A stretch of DNA of 64,000 nucleotides. Origin: Tubulanus polymorphus. Taxonomy: Eukaryota; Animalia; Nemertea. The notes under the pieces are model-generated. The model worked only from the letters and a program-made list of their open reading frames with translations, searched no databases and was not told the origin of the DNA. The stretch lies in assembly GCF_964204645.1 (NCBI RefSeq), contig NC_134030.1, positions 4,072,778 to 4,136,777 on the forward strand. The letters are read 5' to 3'. This document shows positions 49,613 through 62,479 of the stretch, in pieces. Numbering within the stretch: the stretch's first letter is position 1; each line of letters opens with the position of its first letter. Made by a program: the position numbers and the translations under genes.

Positions 49613-50955
49613 TTCTACGCATTTCAAACCAACATACATTTATACATGGTGCCAATCGACCATGGGAATTCATATTGTGATAAAAATCGAGAAAGTATTT
49701 TTCAATATTTTGGCCAAGATCGATACTTAATTTGTCTCTGCAATAAAATTGCATTAATGTCTGTTATCAAATATAGCTTTTAGTCAAATTTTATAACTAG
49801 AAATGTATTTACTCATAAATTTATTAATAATCATGAAATAATAATTATAATAATAATAGAATATTCATCAACAATTACGATTTTGTTTTTTCTGGCTTTC
49901 GTGGCTTTTCTTTTTTACGCTTTACCAACCCAAGACGTGTCAATAACGAATTTTGTCTTGACTTGATAAAATTCAATGCACCAATTATCGCGGCGTGTTT
50001 CTCAGGAATACGTAGAATAGCCGCAATTAAGGTCTTATAGAAACCATAGTTAACTACTGGGAAAATATTAAGCTCTTGTTCAATAGATCCGTTCGTTTTC
50101 CTTGTTTGTTAGCATTCAGTGAAGCGTGTAACTATATCTACACCTGATCCGAGGAAGGAACATCAGAATTAGGTCTCGTTATCGGTGAAAGTAACTTCAT
50201 TACCTTGCTTGGGACAGAACACAACCTTATTCCTTTTGTAGAGGTAAGTTCAATATAGTTCGGGCTTATTGTATTTGGGGATGTGTCGGGCAGAAATTCG
50301 GACCGATCTAAAAATCTTTGTTAAAACGAAAATGCATATGTATATATTCATATATACATTTTTTCCTCGCTTTTCCCTACAACATAACAGAAAAGAAAAT
50401 ATCGTGCATTTTTATATAGAACCAGTCCGCATGACTAGTAAATCGTGGGTACGTGACATTTCAAAAAGTCGTGGGGCGCAAAGTTAGGAAAATCTAATAA
50501 AAACTCTGCCAATTTAGTATAAACAGATTGGCGATTCGTATACTTAAATATATGACTTTAATACTATCGCTGTATTTGTCTTTATGATTGACGTCTCGTT
50601 GACATGTTTGTGAATGTAATGGACTTTCTAGTATAGATCGGTCTGAAAGAATCCAGTTTAGTTTATTAATAGCCGTCAACATTCAGAGTCGAACTGATAA
50701 TTGAATCTGCTCTCGCAGACCTGTGGATATATCATTATTATTACTATTTGGACGAATAATTTATGAGAAACTAATCGCGCTGCTGCTGGTGGTGTCACTG
50801 AAATTTCCCGTTCAATATCGACAGTTCATAGTCATAAAGTGTAATCGTCAATCTGGCGCGATGATGTTTGGCACTAGGTTTACCACATAGTTCCAGACGG
50901 AATTATTATATACCAATTCATTATACCATTTATCGTATCGTTAACAGATTGGAAA

Positions 50956-53097
50956 ATGCGCGTTTTGGGAAGAAGAATAGCCATCAGCGAATTGGAGTCT
51001 AGCCCGCCTCGTAATTTGGGTATAGTCATCGATACGTTGAAGAATGCTGTAGATGATGTATTAGCGAAGTTAGGAATACTCGAAAAGGAATATTGTCGGC
51101 CGTATCCGGATATATGTCGGGAAATTAAACAATGGCTTCCTCATCTAAAAGACGTGGCGCGGGCTTTACATCTGCGGGAACTATCGTCTGCGAAATTAGT
51201 CGATGCTATATTCGTTCAAGTCGACACACCGGGCGTGGTCGTCGCTGCCGATCCGGACGATTTGGAGAAACTGAAAGAAGTGACGAAAAAAGTGAAACAT
51301 TTCGTCCCCAATAAATTTGAGGAATGCCTCAGTATTATCGATAAAGTGATGATGTTCTTGCAGAAGTTTTGCCTGTCGTTCTACGATATGGCAAACGACC
51401 CGGATTACGAAACCGGTCAACATTATTCGTTGAGTATGATTCACTGGAAAGAGTCGATGAAACAGAAACTAGACAGCGTTCGTCGTCTCGCTATGAAGTT
51501 CGCGGTCGATTCCGTCTTCCCGATGCACCTGTGCGCCGCCGCGCAGAAAATCGTCACCAAGACCGAATCAGAACGATTCGCTTTCCTGTCGCTTTTCACG
51601 CACGTTTCCGAAACTATCCGCGAAGTGTGCGATACGCTGAAAGACTGGATCAAAATGGAGGAAAACTATCCGGAATTCCTGGCGCACGATATCAAAGATT
51701 TGGAAAAACAAAAGACGGCGCTGTCCAGGAAAACCCGCGACGCGCAAGAGGCCCACTTTCAAGCGATACACCGAATTAAGAATATCGACGCACAACGCTC
51801 GAAAAATGATAAACAGGATAAAATACTGAAAATAAAAGCGGACAATCTGATCGTCGAAGAAGAGATGTTGATCCGATATATATCCGAAACGAAAGTCGAC
51901 ATCGACATAAGAAAATTTCAAAAAGAGGAACTGATTAGAAACATCGGCAGTTCGGACGGCGCCGAACTTCGCGAGAAATTCGACGAAATACGCGAAGATA
52001 TGAGAATCCTCAAGGATCGTCTCCCAACCCTCGAAAAGCGTATGGTTTTTGTAAAGGAAAAACTCGATTGGATCGACAACGAACGAGACTGCCTGGAGAA
52101 CAAAAATCATGAACTGTTGCTGGAGAAACAAAGCTTGTCGAAAACGGGCGACGAAAAGAGCCGTTGTGAAAACGAACTCGATAAAGTAACCCGGTTGTTA
52201 GAACACGTTAAACTGATGGCGTTGTTTAAAATGTCGCCTGATGTTCTGGTGAAAATTCACTACGGTATACCATACGAAATGAAAACTCATTCGACGAAAT
52301 TAGCCTCGGATAAACACGAGATAAGTGAGTAATAACTGCATACAGAATAACATAGTCCCCATAAATGTCTATATGAAATTATGCGAACGAAACTCTTGAT
52401 TCAAAATTAGGAGACTTTTACTTATCTAGTGTGAGATCATGAAAACTGAAATTGCACGGTAAGAGAAGCACACATTGGTTTTTTGCTTGTTTTCTGGGAT
52501 CAATGAGTTTAGGGGTCGTCAACATAAAACGTATTGTATATGATATATGAAGTTATGCGTACGCAACTCTGATTCAAAACATAAGGCTGTTATGCAGTAT
52601 GATCATGAAAACTGAAATTGTATGGCGAAAGAAGACAGAGCACATACCGATCTGTGTAAAGTTCACTTCTTAATGTATTATTTTCTTCAGATTTGTTAGA
52701 TCGGGCGTGTAATGTAGTGGCCGAAGAAATCAGTAAAGACTGGCCGTCGTTATATTCGCTATTGCCGTTCCTTCCACCTCGAGGTCGTCTGAATATTGAA
52801 GCCGATATACAAGATATTACCCGTTCTTACCCACGCGACAGTCACGCCGACCAGGCTCTGAAATCTTTGTACAGATGGCGTCGATTTCACATACGAGCCA
52901 GACTACAAGATCTGAAAACCACATTGGCGCAGATGAATCGTCAAGATGTACTGGACGTTGTGGAATATACGCTTAATCCGCCCGTTAATTCTACAGAGGT
53001 GAAGGAAAGTACTCTTCCGACTTTTCTCGAACCGCACCTCATACCGTATTACCGGGCTGTCGAACGTTACGACCAACTACGTGCATCTCATGGTTGA
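50956..53097 (+). CDS. Coiled-coil protein with C-terminal death domain, 2 coding exons, 591 aa
   Basis: Exons 50956-52324 and 52691-53097 (phase 1). Long K/E-rich heptad region, then a death-fold pattern: VAEEISKDWPSLYSLL...IQDI...DQALKSLYRWR...ARLQDLKTTLAQMNRQDV. Confidence 0.85.
52368..52645. repeat. Diverged ~100-bp direct duplication in the intron
   Basis: TATATGAA(A/G)TTATGCG...GATTCAAAA...GATCATGAAAACTGAAATTG occurs twice. Confidence 0.7.
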
Positions 53098-54040
53098 GAC
53101 GACACCTAGCGATCTGACTGTCAGTCTGTCTACCTGGGGCCCTGTCGACATTACAGGTTTATATTCATATAGCTCCGTTGCATATCCTCCCTTAAATTAC
53201 CTGGAAATCTTAATTAACAATAATCAAGTACACACAAATATATTTTGCAAATACAAATTTATTTCAACTTTTTTTTCATCACAAATAATATGTATTCTTT
53301 GCGCGTAGACCGCTGCCAGAAAGTGAATCTGTATTGACTATATATACATATATACTCTGTTAGATACCGATAAATATATAATGTACTATATGATGATACA
53401 ATATTCATAATAGTTAAAATCAGTTAAAATATAGTTGTGAGGATTATAGAGCGATCTCAGATATACGACCAACAACATTATATATATATACGTCAAGATT
53501 TGGGCTCAAAGAAGAAATTATATCATCTTCAAATAACCGAAATTGCCCCGTGGGAATAACTTACGATATAACAATTCAAGTTCATTTTCTGAACTTTCTG
53601 ATTTTCTCCTGACGACATTAGATTTCCGTATGTAGTTATCGTATATAGTTTTTTGATGCACATGGATAGCTAGAAGACAAACGGACGGATAACTGAGTTA
53701 CGACAAGCCTAAAAGCAGGAATATATGTATTCGTGTACTGATGAAAAGTGGCAGATTTATCAGGGATTGTTTTAGTTTGAATGAACTTCACAAATAACAT
53801 CCTGAAGGGATTTGTCAATTTTCCTTCATGTCCTTACGCCATAGACCATGTGAATATTCAAAACTCTGGTTGGCATCCTTGGCGAAGTCTTGAATTCTGC
53901 TGTTTGAGAAACTATTACTGCGTTGGAACAAACACCCTCAAAACTTTACCCGGTAACAGTAATCCCTGCAGCACACTTCATAGGCTACAGTCGTTATGTG
54001 ATGAAATTACCATTATACATGAAATCATACACAGAATTAA

Positions 54041-54190
54041 AAGATAAAACCTCACTATATATAAAATCACACCTGACGATGGTCTCTAGAGAGATAGAGA
54101 TAGAGAGAGAGATTTCGAACGTCGTCTTTGATTCTTGATAGATTAATTTCATCTTATTTCATTGAAATATATGTAGTGGGTTTTAATCTT
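54041..54190 (+). mobile_element. Penelope-like relic with inverted termini and a degenerate hammerhead core
   Basis: CACAC-CTGACGA-T-GGTCTC...GAGATT-TCGAACGTCGT inside AAGATAAAACCTCACTATATATA / TATATGTAGTGGGTTTTAATCTT; related to 61122-61289. Confidence 0.5.
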
Positions 54191-57100
54191 TTTATCTATT
54201 CTCCACGTCATTCTACGATGATATATACCGTTATCTGCAGTAATATATAAATACAAAAACATAGCCGCCATTGTATATACAACATCAATGATTGTTTCAA
54301 TTGGTCATTGCGCTTAAAGAGCGGAGAGCATAAAAAGTTTTCGAAAATCTTGATGAGATCAACGAAGCTGTCGTTTGTATTTTAGTGGAAGCTTGCCAGA
54401 TGATTAAAAACGCCACTTCGGGTGAAATTGGATGCTCAACGTGAAACGTTGTCGTATCGGAAGCAAAAGATGATACATTTTTGTAAATAAGACGAGGAAG
54501 TAAGGAAGTAATTATAGATGGAAAAATTACAAGAAAGAAACGAAAGGAAGATATTTGAATATGGTATTATCGTCACAACCAAGCGCTGAGTTTGCGCTAT
54601 GATTATAGAATATACTATGTTAGTACACGTATCTATCATTCGTAAGGAAAGTAAACGATAAATTGATTACCGGGAGAGATTATTTAAAAAAGAAACGGAC
54701 AGGAATGGTACGCTATCCCAGTAACAGGATTACTGATGAATTATCGTGATTTTGAGAGACTTGTTCATTACAAATATGACAGTGAAATCGTTCAGTCTAC
54801 ATTTTACATAACCATAAAAACGGGTGCTTTATACATTTGCAGCTATTTTTCATAATTTCAAACACAGGAAGCAATAAGTTCCAATTTGCACACATTTGAC
54901 CTAGTCATATCACACTATCAGTTGCTTATAAGCCCGCATAATGCAAATTTCTAAAATTATAATGCATCCCGTTCTAATTTCTTATTCTTATTCCCGAAGC
55001 CTTCGGCCCGATTCCAGAGTCGAGACTTGGAGATAAACAAAAAAACAACGGTCTTAGATTAAAGCCCATTTTCGGCCGAAGTCTCGACTGTGGAAAGAGT
55101 TTCTGGTGCTACCTGTATTAAGACGAAACGCTCATCAAACCAACCATATGATACATATACATGTTTTCCAAATATTCAACACTAAATATCAATGTCAACG
55201 AAAGAGATAGAACAGAAGCTTGCACAAATCCCAGCAATATTTTTTACTGGCCTAAGACACACAAGATACAGGACCATTTTTGAAAAGGAATATACACAGC
55301 ACGATAAAAATGGACGGGGACATAATCATTATCGGGATTGGTAGATTGACTCCAATAGATATCACCGATACAAACATAAATAGAGAATTTACATGTATTT
55401 TAATTATATACACGTTTCTAAATCATTACGAGATACGGCAGACCGATTTGTTCATGAATATCTCTGTCATGGTTTAATTTTACGCTGACCCACGTTACGT
55501 GGAGGAACAATATTTGAAAAGCAGGAATCCGCAAAAAATATTTCCACGGATGAGCACAACGCTGGGATACATCAAACGCATTCGAACATATTTTTTGCTT
55601 ACAATCAATTATAGCCAATGTACAAAGAAAGCATTTACAACATAGAATCAATTGAAAAGTAACGATACATACATTACATATGTCACCCGTCAAAATGTCT
55701 GAACACAGACGAAACCTTTAAGAACATATATAGTGCACAACTCCTTATTTTCTGCTTTTTCAGATCCGTCCTGCTTCGCTAACTGCTATAAATATAATAC
55801 ATGCTCTTGATTTCCATACACGCCATCAACCACTGCGCTCTGAAACTATCTTCACCAAGCACGACACGGCCATCAAACTGATTGATAGCCATACACGACC
55901 GCACAGGATTATCACAGCAAAAGAGCAGCTTTTTCACCATGCGACTACACTTTAACAATTCAACGACGTAAAACTGTCGTCAATACTGTCGAAACGATAA
56001 TATCACACTAAACATATCACAACTCCAGCAAATACAAGAACTTCCTCTTCACCAAAGGCATTATTTTATTGCACAGACGTTGGACCAGTGTTCGATCCCT
56101 GCTCGTTATGAAATCTGTCCGGTGCTTAACGTATAAATACATATCGATAACAACAAGTATTTTCACGAACATGTGAACTAATCGCCCCTGAAATGTTGTT
56201 TTTTATTCCTATATTTTGAGCCAAGCAAAGAACTGATTGAATAGTGGCCATGCCTTTGTAGTTCGATATTAATATCTCATATTCTCAACACATGAGGTAG
56301 ACAATTAATACGGACCGTCTTCATCTCGCAAAAGCAAGCAAAAGGCATGTATCTTGATTAATACCATCTATTTTTTTTTTCACGCGATAGTTTCCATTCG
56401 TACATTTTGCCATTCATTATACATTAAGAGAACACCAAGCAAACGTTCTTCGTTATCGAAATATATCAGAAAATATAATACTTTCACTCATATATCGAAT
56501 ATCGGTTTTTTGCGCGCCGTTTTTTTCCGTATGACTGCTCAACAAATCACACATACATCATAAATCGTCGGTCAGCAGATATTGAATATTCATACCCTGT
56601 GTTAAATTGCATACTCCTTAAAATACTGTCGCAATTCTCAACAGTCCAACTAATTTACCTTTGAAAAACGCTATTGGCGTACAGTTCGATGCCTGACAGC
56701 AAGAACGTGACGTCACTGATTGACTGGGCTTCACGGTCAGTCGTTGGAAAATAAACGAGACAAGTTTAACTACCAATCACAATATCACATAACAGGTAAT
56801 CATTTGATTAACATTGCAGGAACGACACTTTTTTGTGTTATACATAAACCGTGGACCCTAAAACGATTTAGAGTCTATACATAGACACGCGGTGATAAGT
56901 GGACAATCACATGACACATCAAATCGTGCTAATGGTTGACTACAGCAGCTTTTCTACCATATTTTCACACACATCAGATCACAGTAACTGGAAAACAAAT
57001 ATCATCATGAAGTTATTTTGACGAAGTTTGCGTTGAAATTTCGACCAGATTTTTGTTTACATGTCAAAATACTCGTTCATCTTCATAATGACGATTGCGA

Positions 57101-57728
57101 TAGTCGTCGAGGAGGTTACGGTTTAATCGATAGAGGACGTACAGAATTAGATCGGGGAAAAGATGGTTGGTGGTAATAGTCTCAAAGAAGTTCGAAAGAA
57201 GTTTGGCCATATCATATCACGAAACATTCACTGTACTCTTTGAAATAAATTCATCAATTGAAGAATTTCTCCAATCAGTATATAGAATGTTTTGAATATG
57301 AATTTCGCAAGATGAACGAGCTATCATTCATCTGGATGGATTCTACCGGGGCTCAATATATGTATATAGCCCATACGTTGTGGGATAGTGGGGGACGTGA
57401 TTTATCCATCCTTGAAATAGTAGCTACTCGAAAAGATACAGCGGAGATTTTGAGTGCACAGTGAAAAGTAAATGGACGCACAAATTCAGTGGTATAACCG
57501 TGAAAGGAGTTACATGTATAACGTATTTTGTCTATGATAGATAGATGTTGCTTTTGTTCACGCATACTTCGGAATATGCAGTTATTTTTCACAAAATATA
57601 TGTATATAAGTACGGTTTTTATGTAATAGAAGGCTTTGGCCCAACTGGTGCCCACATTGGGCCCACGCGAGCTCACAAACGTAGCATAACATAACAGCTT
57701 TAGGACCTCATAATCTCTGTTGGATTGT

Positions 57729-60700
57729 CTAAGCGGCGCCCACCTTATCTGAATCTATAGTCTTCCTCAAACACAAGGCAAGAATGATAAACACCAACTA
57801 CAAAAGATAGAAATACAGAAAATGAGAATATTTCCTTAATCATTTTCATCTACGAAACGTTTTATAGTCGAAGGTGCGTATGACACAGATATAGAGAAAT
57901 GCTTACCTGCAACGCGCATATACAACTCAGAACGAGAACCACCCACCATTTGTTAGCTTCTATCAGATCGTCCAATCTTTTGAAACATGACTAAAATAAT
58001 TAAGAAAATTGTTGACAGCAGAAAAAAAGCCATCGCGTAGCTAGTAAACGTGAAGTGGACATAATAGCTTATGGCTAGGTCTCACTCAATCCTAGCAATC
58101 CTGAGACACCCACTGTGGGTCAAACTAATGAGAAATACGTACCATATTTTGATTCGAATTGGAGGTCGACGGATTTGTCGGACAATTCATGTCACTCGGC
58201 TGCATTTTTAGTGAGAATTTGGAATTTGCCGGAAATATACAACACGAGACTGGAATAGCAAACGTCGTCGTTCTGCCATTCCATTGCTGCGCTTTATTCT
58301 TCCACTTTGTAGCTCCATCAAACACTGTGTAACTGTCGACTCCGCAGCATCCAAACTGAAATTATACAACACGCGTGGATGATATCCCTCGAAGCAACCT
58401 AGTGACTGATCCTGTCAGTAATAATCCCTTTCAAAATCTAGAGATGAAAAATAATATGTTTGATATTTTAGGCAAGTATTGTCTAGGGATATATCCCGGA
58501 CCCCTTTGGTCGTTGAACCCATTGCTTGTTGAATACTAACAAATTAAGTGGGATATATGATCATCATAAACATTGTAGTAGGGCATTAGGCGATTTATGT
58601 CATTTGAAGTAAGCCGAGAATGTGGACGTGGAGAAAGAGAGAGAGAGTCCGAAACGTTGTGTATATCGTCAATTTATTATTGAAATGATAAGTTGACGAT
58701 ATACACAACGTTTCGGACTCAGAGTGTTTCGGACTCAACGTTTCGGAGTGTTGCTATTCTACTATTTGTTGTTTAGTATAGCATGTTTCCACCAGGGATG
58801 ATATGATGGTCAAACGAGATGATGTCCAAATATGGACATATTCTTCATTATCTTACTTGGAATTGAGCAAAATTAACGAACAACGAGAGGTAATCCGTAG
58901 CGTTGTAACCGGCAAAATTCTTGTGTATGGCATTCGTCAAGGGTTCTTTAACAGCTCCTACGATCTACAAAAACAACAATTCACATCAACGACAAAACGA
59001 TTTCGTCGCGAAATTAAAGAAACGCTCGACGATTCAAGCGTGATGTGTTCATGGTCTTACCAAATCTCGTTTGACAAAGAATATTATGATACCAGCAATC
59101 TGAACCAGCAGTATAATAGATACCAAGATTGCATACTGAAAGAAATAGATAGATAGGCTGGTTTCATAGTTCAATTAAGATCTGAATAGGCAATAAGCCG
59201 GCAAATAATCACCAGGACCACCATTTCATTCTGAATAGTCAAATCATTGCCATAAAACATGCCCAACATTACTTACTATCATCAGCAAACTACCAGAGTT
59301 GCAGCAAGCTCCGCAACATCCTAAGAACCCGAACAAAAAGAAAACGGCCCCGATGACAATCAGTGGAATGAACGCTGACTGTAGAAATGATTCGATATCG
59401 AAATCTTTCACTGGTTGCATGGTCGCACCGCCGGGTAGCGCGGCAAAAGCGGCATTAAAATAATTCGCACCCGCTACGCGCACGACGATACCAACAGCTA
59501 AGAACGCGAGTCCAATGATCTGAAAAAAGCAAAAAACAATTCCGATTTATAAACTACCCCATGACAAACGTGCATTTTTATCGGCCGGGCCACACTTGTC
59601 CAATTTAACTGAAATCAAGAAGCCAGAAAGCGTTTTTCGACCCGCAGTGAGCACTGTTTATCTTGAGGAGGCTAGGGCTTTGAGGATGGGATCACCATGG
59701 GAAGGCGGTCTACACTAGAAATTCTATCATTTTTAGCTAGTGTGAGGCAATAACTGGTACCTGTATTGAAAAACTATTGAAAGCTGACACAATTATTCTA
59801 GTCAAAATAGATTAAGTTGAAAGTTTTTATTAACACATTGACTTAAAATCCCCGATAAACGCTGAAGGCATCAACTTTCCTTTCTGCGCATTAAGTTTCG
59901 TTTTCGCTGTGACTTCAGCATTTTTGCATTTTTTCAATACATGAAATAATATTCGTCAGTATTGGAAGAGTTTTGAATTGATCTTTGTCCTAAAAAAGCT
60001 TGTTTGAAACTTTTAATTCAAGGGACCAAAGAATTGACGCCACGTGGATATAAAATGAATGGTGGCCGAAGGCGCATTTTAACACAGGATGGCGAAAATG
60101 TGATCTATATATTTGATTACTTCAGGCGCGGGCGCCGGGTATAATCAATTTATGCGTCTGCGCTATATCGCAATAGATATATGCTTTTTTATTCGAAATA
60201 ATCAGATCATAGAATATACAATGCGCTCACATATACCTTCGATCATGGAGATATTTGGATATCATGAAAACAAATTATAGGAAAACTAACTCGGAGGGTT
60301 TATTGGCCGCTTGGAAAATTACACATGCATTCTTAAAAATGAAATAAGATAAAATAAGAGTGATACAATTTTATTTATTACAAAATGAACGCCAAATTTC
60401 GTAACACCAATATAGATGACGCTCATTGACTCACACAGAACCCCTTAAATAATGCATAGTAATTACCAATAGAATAATGTTTGTAACGGGCGTCAAAATA
60501 CGTTTTACTATTACCTATATTAAACATTCACTGATGCATATAGCGCTATATTATCGAAATAAGCGATTTATATGGATCAGAACATCAGCAACATCTGTGT
60601 ACACTAAAGATATGAACTTTCAAATATGGCATATTGCAGCCATAAATCCATGTATTTTGTATTCATGTATTTAAAACATGAATAGCTCTGTTGCGTATAG

Positions 60701-61562
60701 GCCTACCGCTTATTACATACTCTATACTATAAGAACTTAGACGGTTGTGGTATAATTAGACTTGTTCATTTCGTTCATTTGTCCAAAAATGTATACATAA
60801 TCTTACAAACATTACTGTCTACGTCAACCCATAGTTGGGATGCTTTAGTTAACATAGTATAGACAATCTCAAAGCGAGCAATAGGTGACAGGGCATTTCA
60901 GTTTACAGCACCTGCCCCGTGAAACCAGCTGCCCACATAGTATTAGACAAAGATCACCAGTGCAATTCCCAAGCGTTTTAAATTTCTATTTCATCAGCTC
61001 ATATCTATTTCATACTGATTGATGACAAGCGCACTGATTACACTTTGTAGGAGTGCGCTATATAAGAAAATAAATCATTATTATCATTATTATCATTATC
61101 ATTATCATTATGATTAGTCGAATGATAGGATGAAAACCCACCATGTACAATTAAAACAATTTATAATCGAGAAAAACACACCTGATGATCTCTAGTGTGA
61201 GATCGAAACGTCGTGTTATTAACATTTCAGAAATGAATTCTCGATTTTAAATTCTTTTAATTGTACATAGTGGGTGTTTATCCTATCATCCGTTCACCAC
61301 GGTTGAGTGTGGTTATCGTACTATCTAGTCGAATGGTTTCTTCCCAACCCGCACGTATGTAGCACGTTGTAAAAATTATCACTGCATATCGAATAAAAAA
61401 GAAATTGGAAAACTAACTACGTTTAAGAGTTTTACAGTGGATTACGCATGTTTTTGCAGCATACAGATATACAAGACACGAATGCGACAATAACTAATAA
61501 CTTACCACCCATATTATATTGAAGATGATCAGGATACAGCGAGGAATAGTCGACATGCACAT
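57729..61562 (-). CDS. Tetraspanin, 7 coding exons, 282 aa
   Basis: Exons 61562-61506, 59519-59277, 59135-59061, 58964-58857, 58355-58143, 57990-57907, 57797-57729. Four TM segments, FGFLGCCGA, and an EC2 with GCCG and IPVSCC. Confidence 0.93.
58645..58720. repeat. Perfect 28-bp inverted repeat (tetraspanin intron)
   Basis: GAGTCCGAAACGTTGTGTATATCGTCAA (58645-58672) and its exact reverse complement (58693-58720). Confidence 0.95.
61025..61095 (+). mobile_element. SINE/LINE-type 3' tail
   Basis: Hairpin AGCGCACT...AGTGCGCT followed by ATATAAG, AATAAA and an (ATT/ATC)n tail. Confidence 0.55.
61122..61289 (+). mobile_element. Penelope-like relic: ~50-bp inverted termini around a hammerhead-like motif
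   Basis: ACAC-CTGATGATCTC-tagtgt-GAGATC-GAAAC-GTC-GTGT inside ATGATAGGATGAAAACCCACCATGTACAATTAAAA / TTTTAATTGTACATAGTGGGTGTTTATCCTATCAT. Confidence 0.6.
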
Positions 61563-62269
61563 GATGTTTCACCTGCAAATAACACAACTGAGAATGAGTT
61601 ATGATGACGTCGACTCGAGACGACACATGAATCAGTCGTGCAAATGAACACAATTAAGATGAGTATTATGAAATAAAAACCCAACCACACCCAAATGACA
61701 CCACACCTTTGATAACTGGACAACTGAGAGAGGTGTCAGCGAATTCAACTTCGCAAGAAACGGTCTGAAATCAGCTGGGAGACTGTTATTCCAGCTTTGT
61801 CCTACTGAAGAACTACTGTGGAACTCAACCACTATCAAAACCTATTGAATAAAGTAGACGCGACGATTGACACGTGCTTTTAATTTCAGTCGATTAGTTA
61901 CTCAAAAGCAAACGATACGAATAGACACTCGTTACCGTACAAGTGATCCGAGGAGTGAAAGGAAACTATAAATAAGTATGTTCTATCGACGGCGATATTT
62001 TCTACAGCTTCAGCCCACGGATGACAGGATTGACAGTCGAGTGTCGAGTGCAGTTCGTTGTTTTATAAGGCTATAACAACCTATTATTGGTTTCGATATG
62101 GGCATATAACGAATATTTAGTCCATGGTTTCAACAAGGCCATCGTCCGTCCAACCAGTCTGACATTTGAGATGTGTACTTTTACAAGATGTCGACACTTC
62201 ATTATCATTGACGGGATTATTCTAATGATGTGGTGATGGTGTAGTGTTTTTGACAGTTTCCGCGCTACC

Positions 62270-62479
62270 CTAAACCGACAAGAACCTGCCATCAACAGCC
62301 CCGTAATTGAACTGCTGATTCGTTTGTCGCTTTAAGAAAGAAGATTGAGAAAGAGATGGCGATGGAAAGACCTGAATTAAATTCAGTCTCACATACTTTA
62401 TAGCAATATTTGTAAGATATTCCCCAACATTCGAAGTCTCGACAAGGAAGACCAATTCAGGATTATACGTTGTAATCAT
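62270..62479 (-). pseudogene. Possible decayed AP-endonuclease (LINE ORF2 N-terminus) fragment
   Basis: YNPELVFLVET and DGRFLSV resemble the PDI..L.ET and GR...V motifs of EEP domains; short and interrupted. Confidence 0.3.

Noticed and set aside
51132-52131. Overlapping alternative-frame and antisense ORFs (136 aa, 187 aa and others)
   Set aside because: Shadows of the long coding exon of the death-domain gene; no independent features.
53095-53110. TGA read-through as selenocysteine
   Set aside because: A TAG follows within four codons and no SECIS-like element was recognised.
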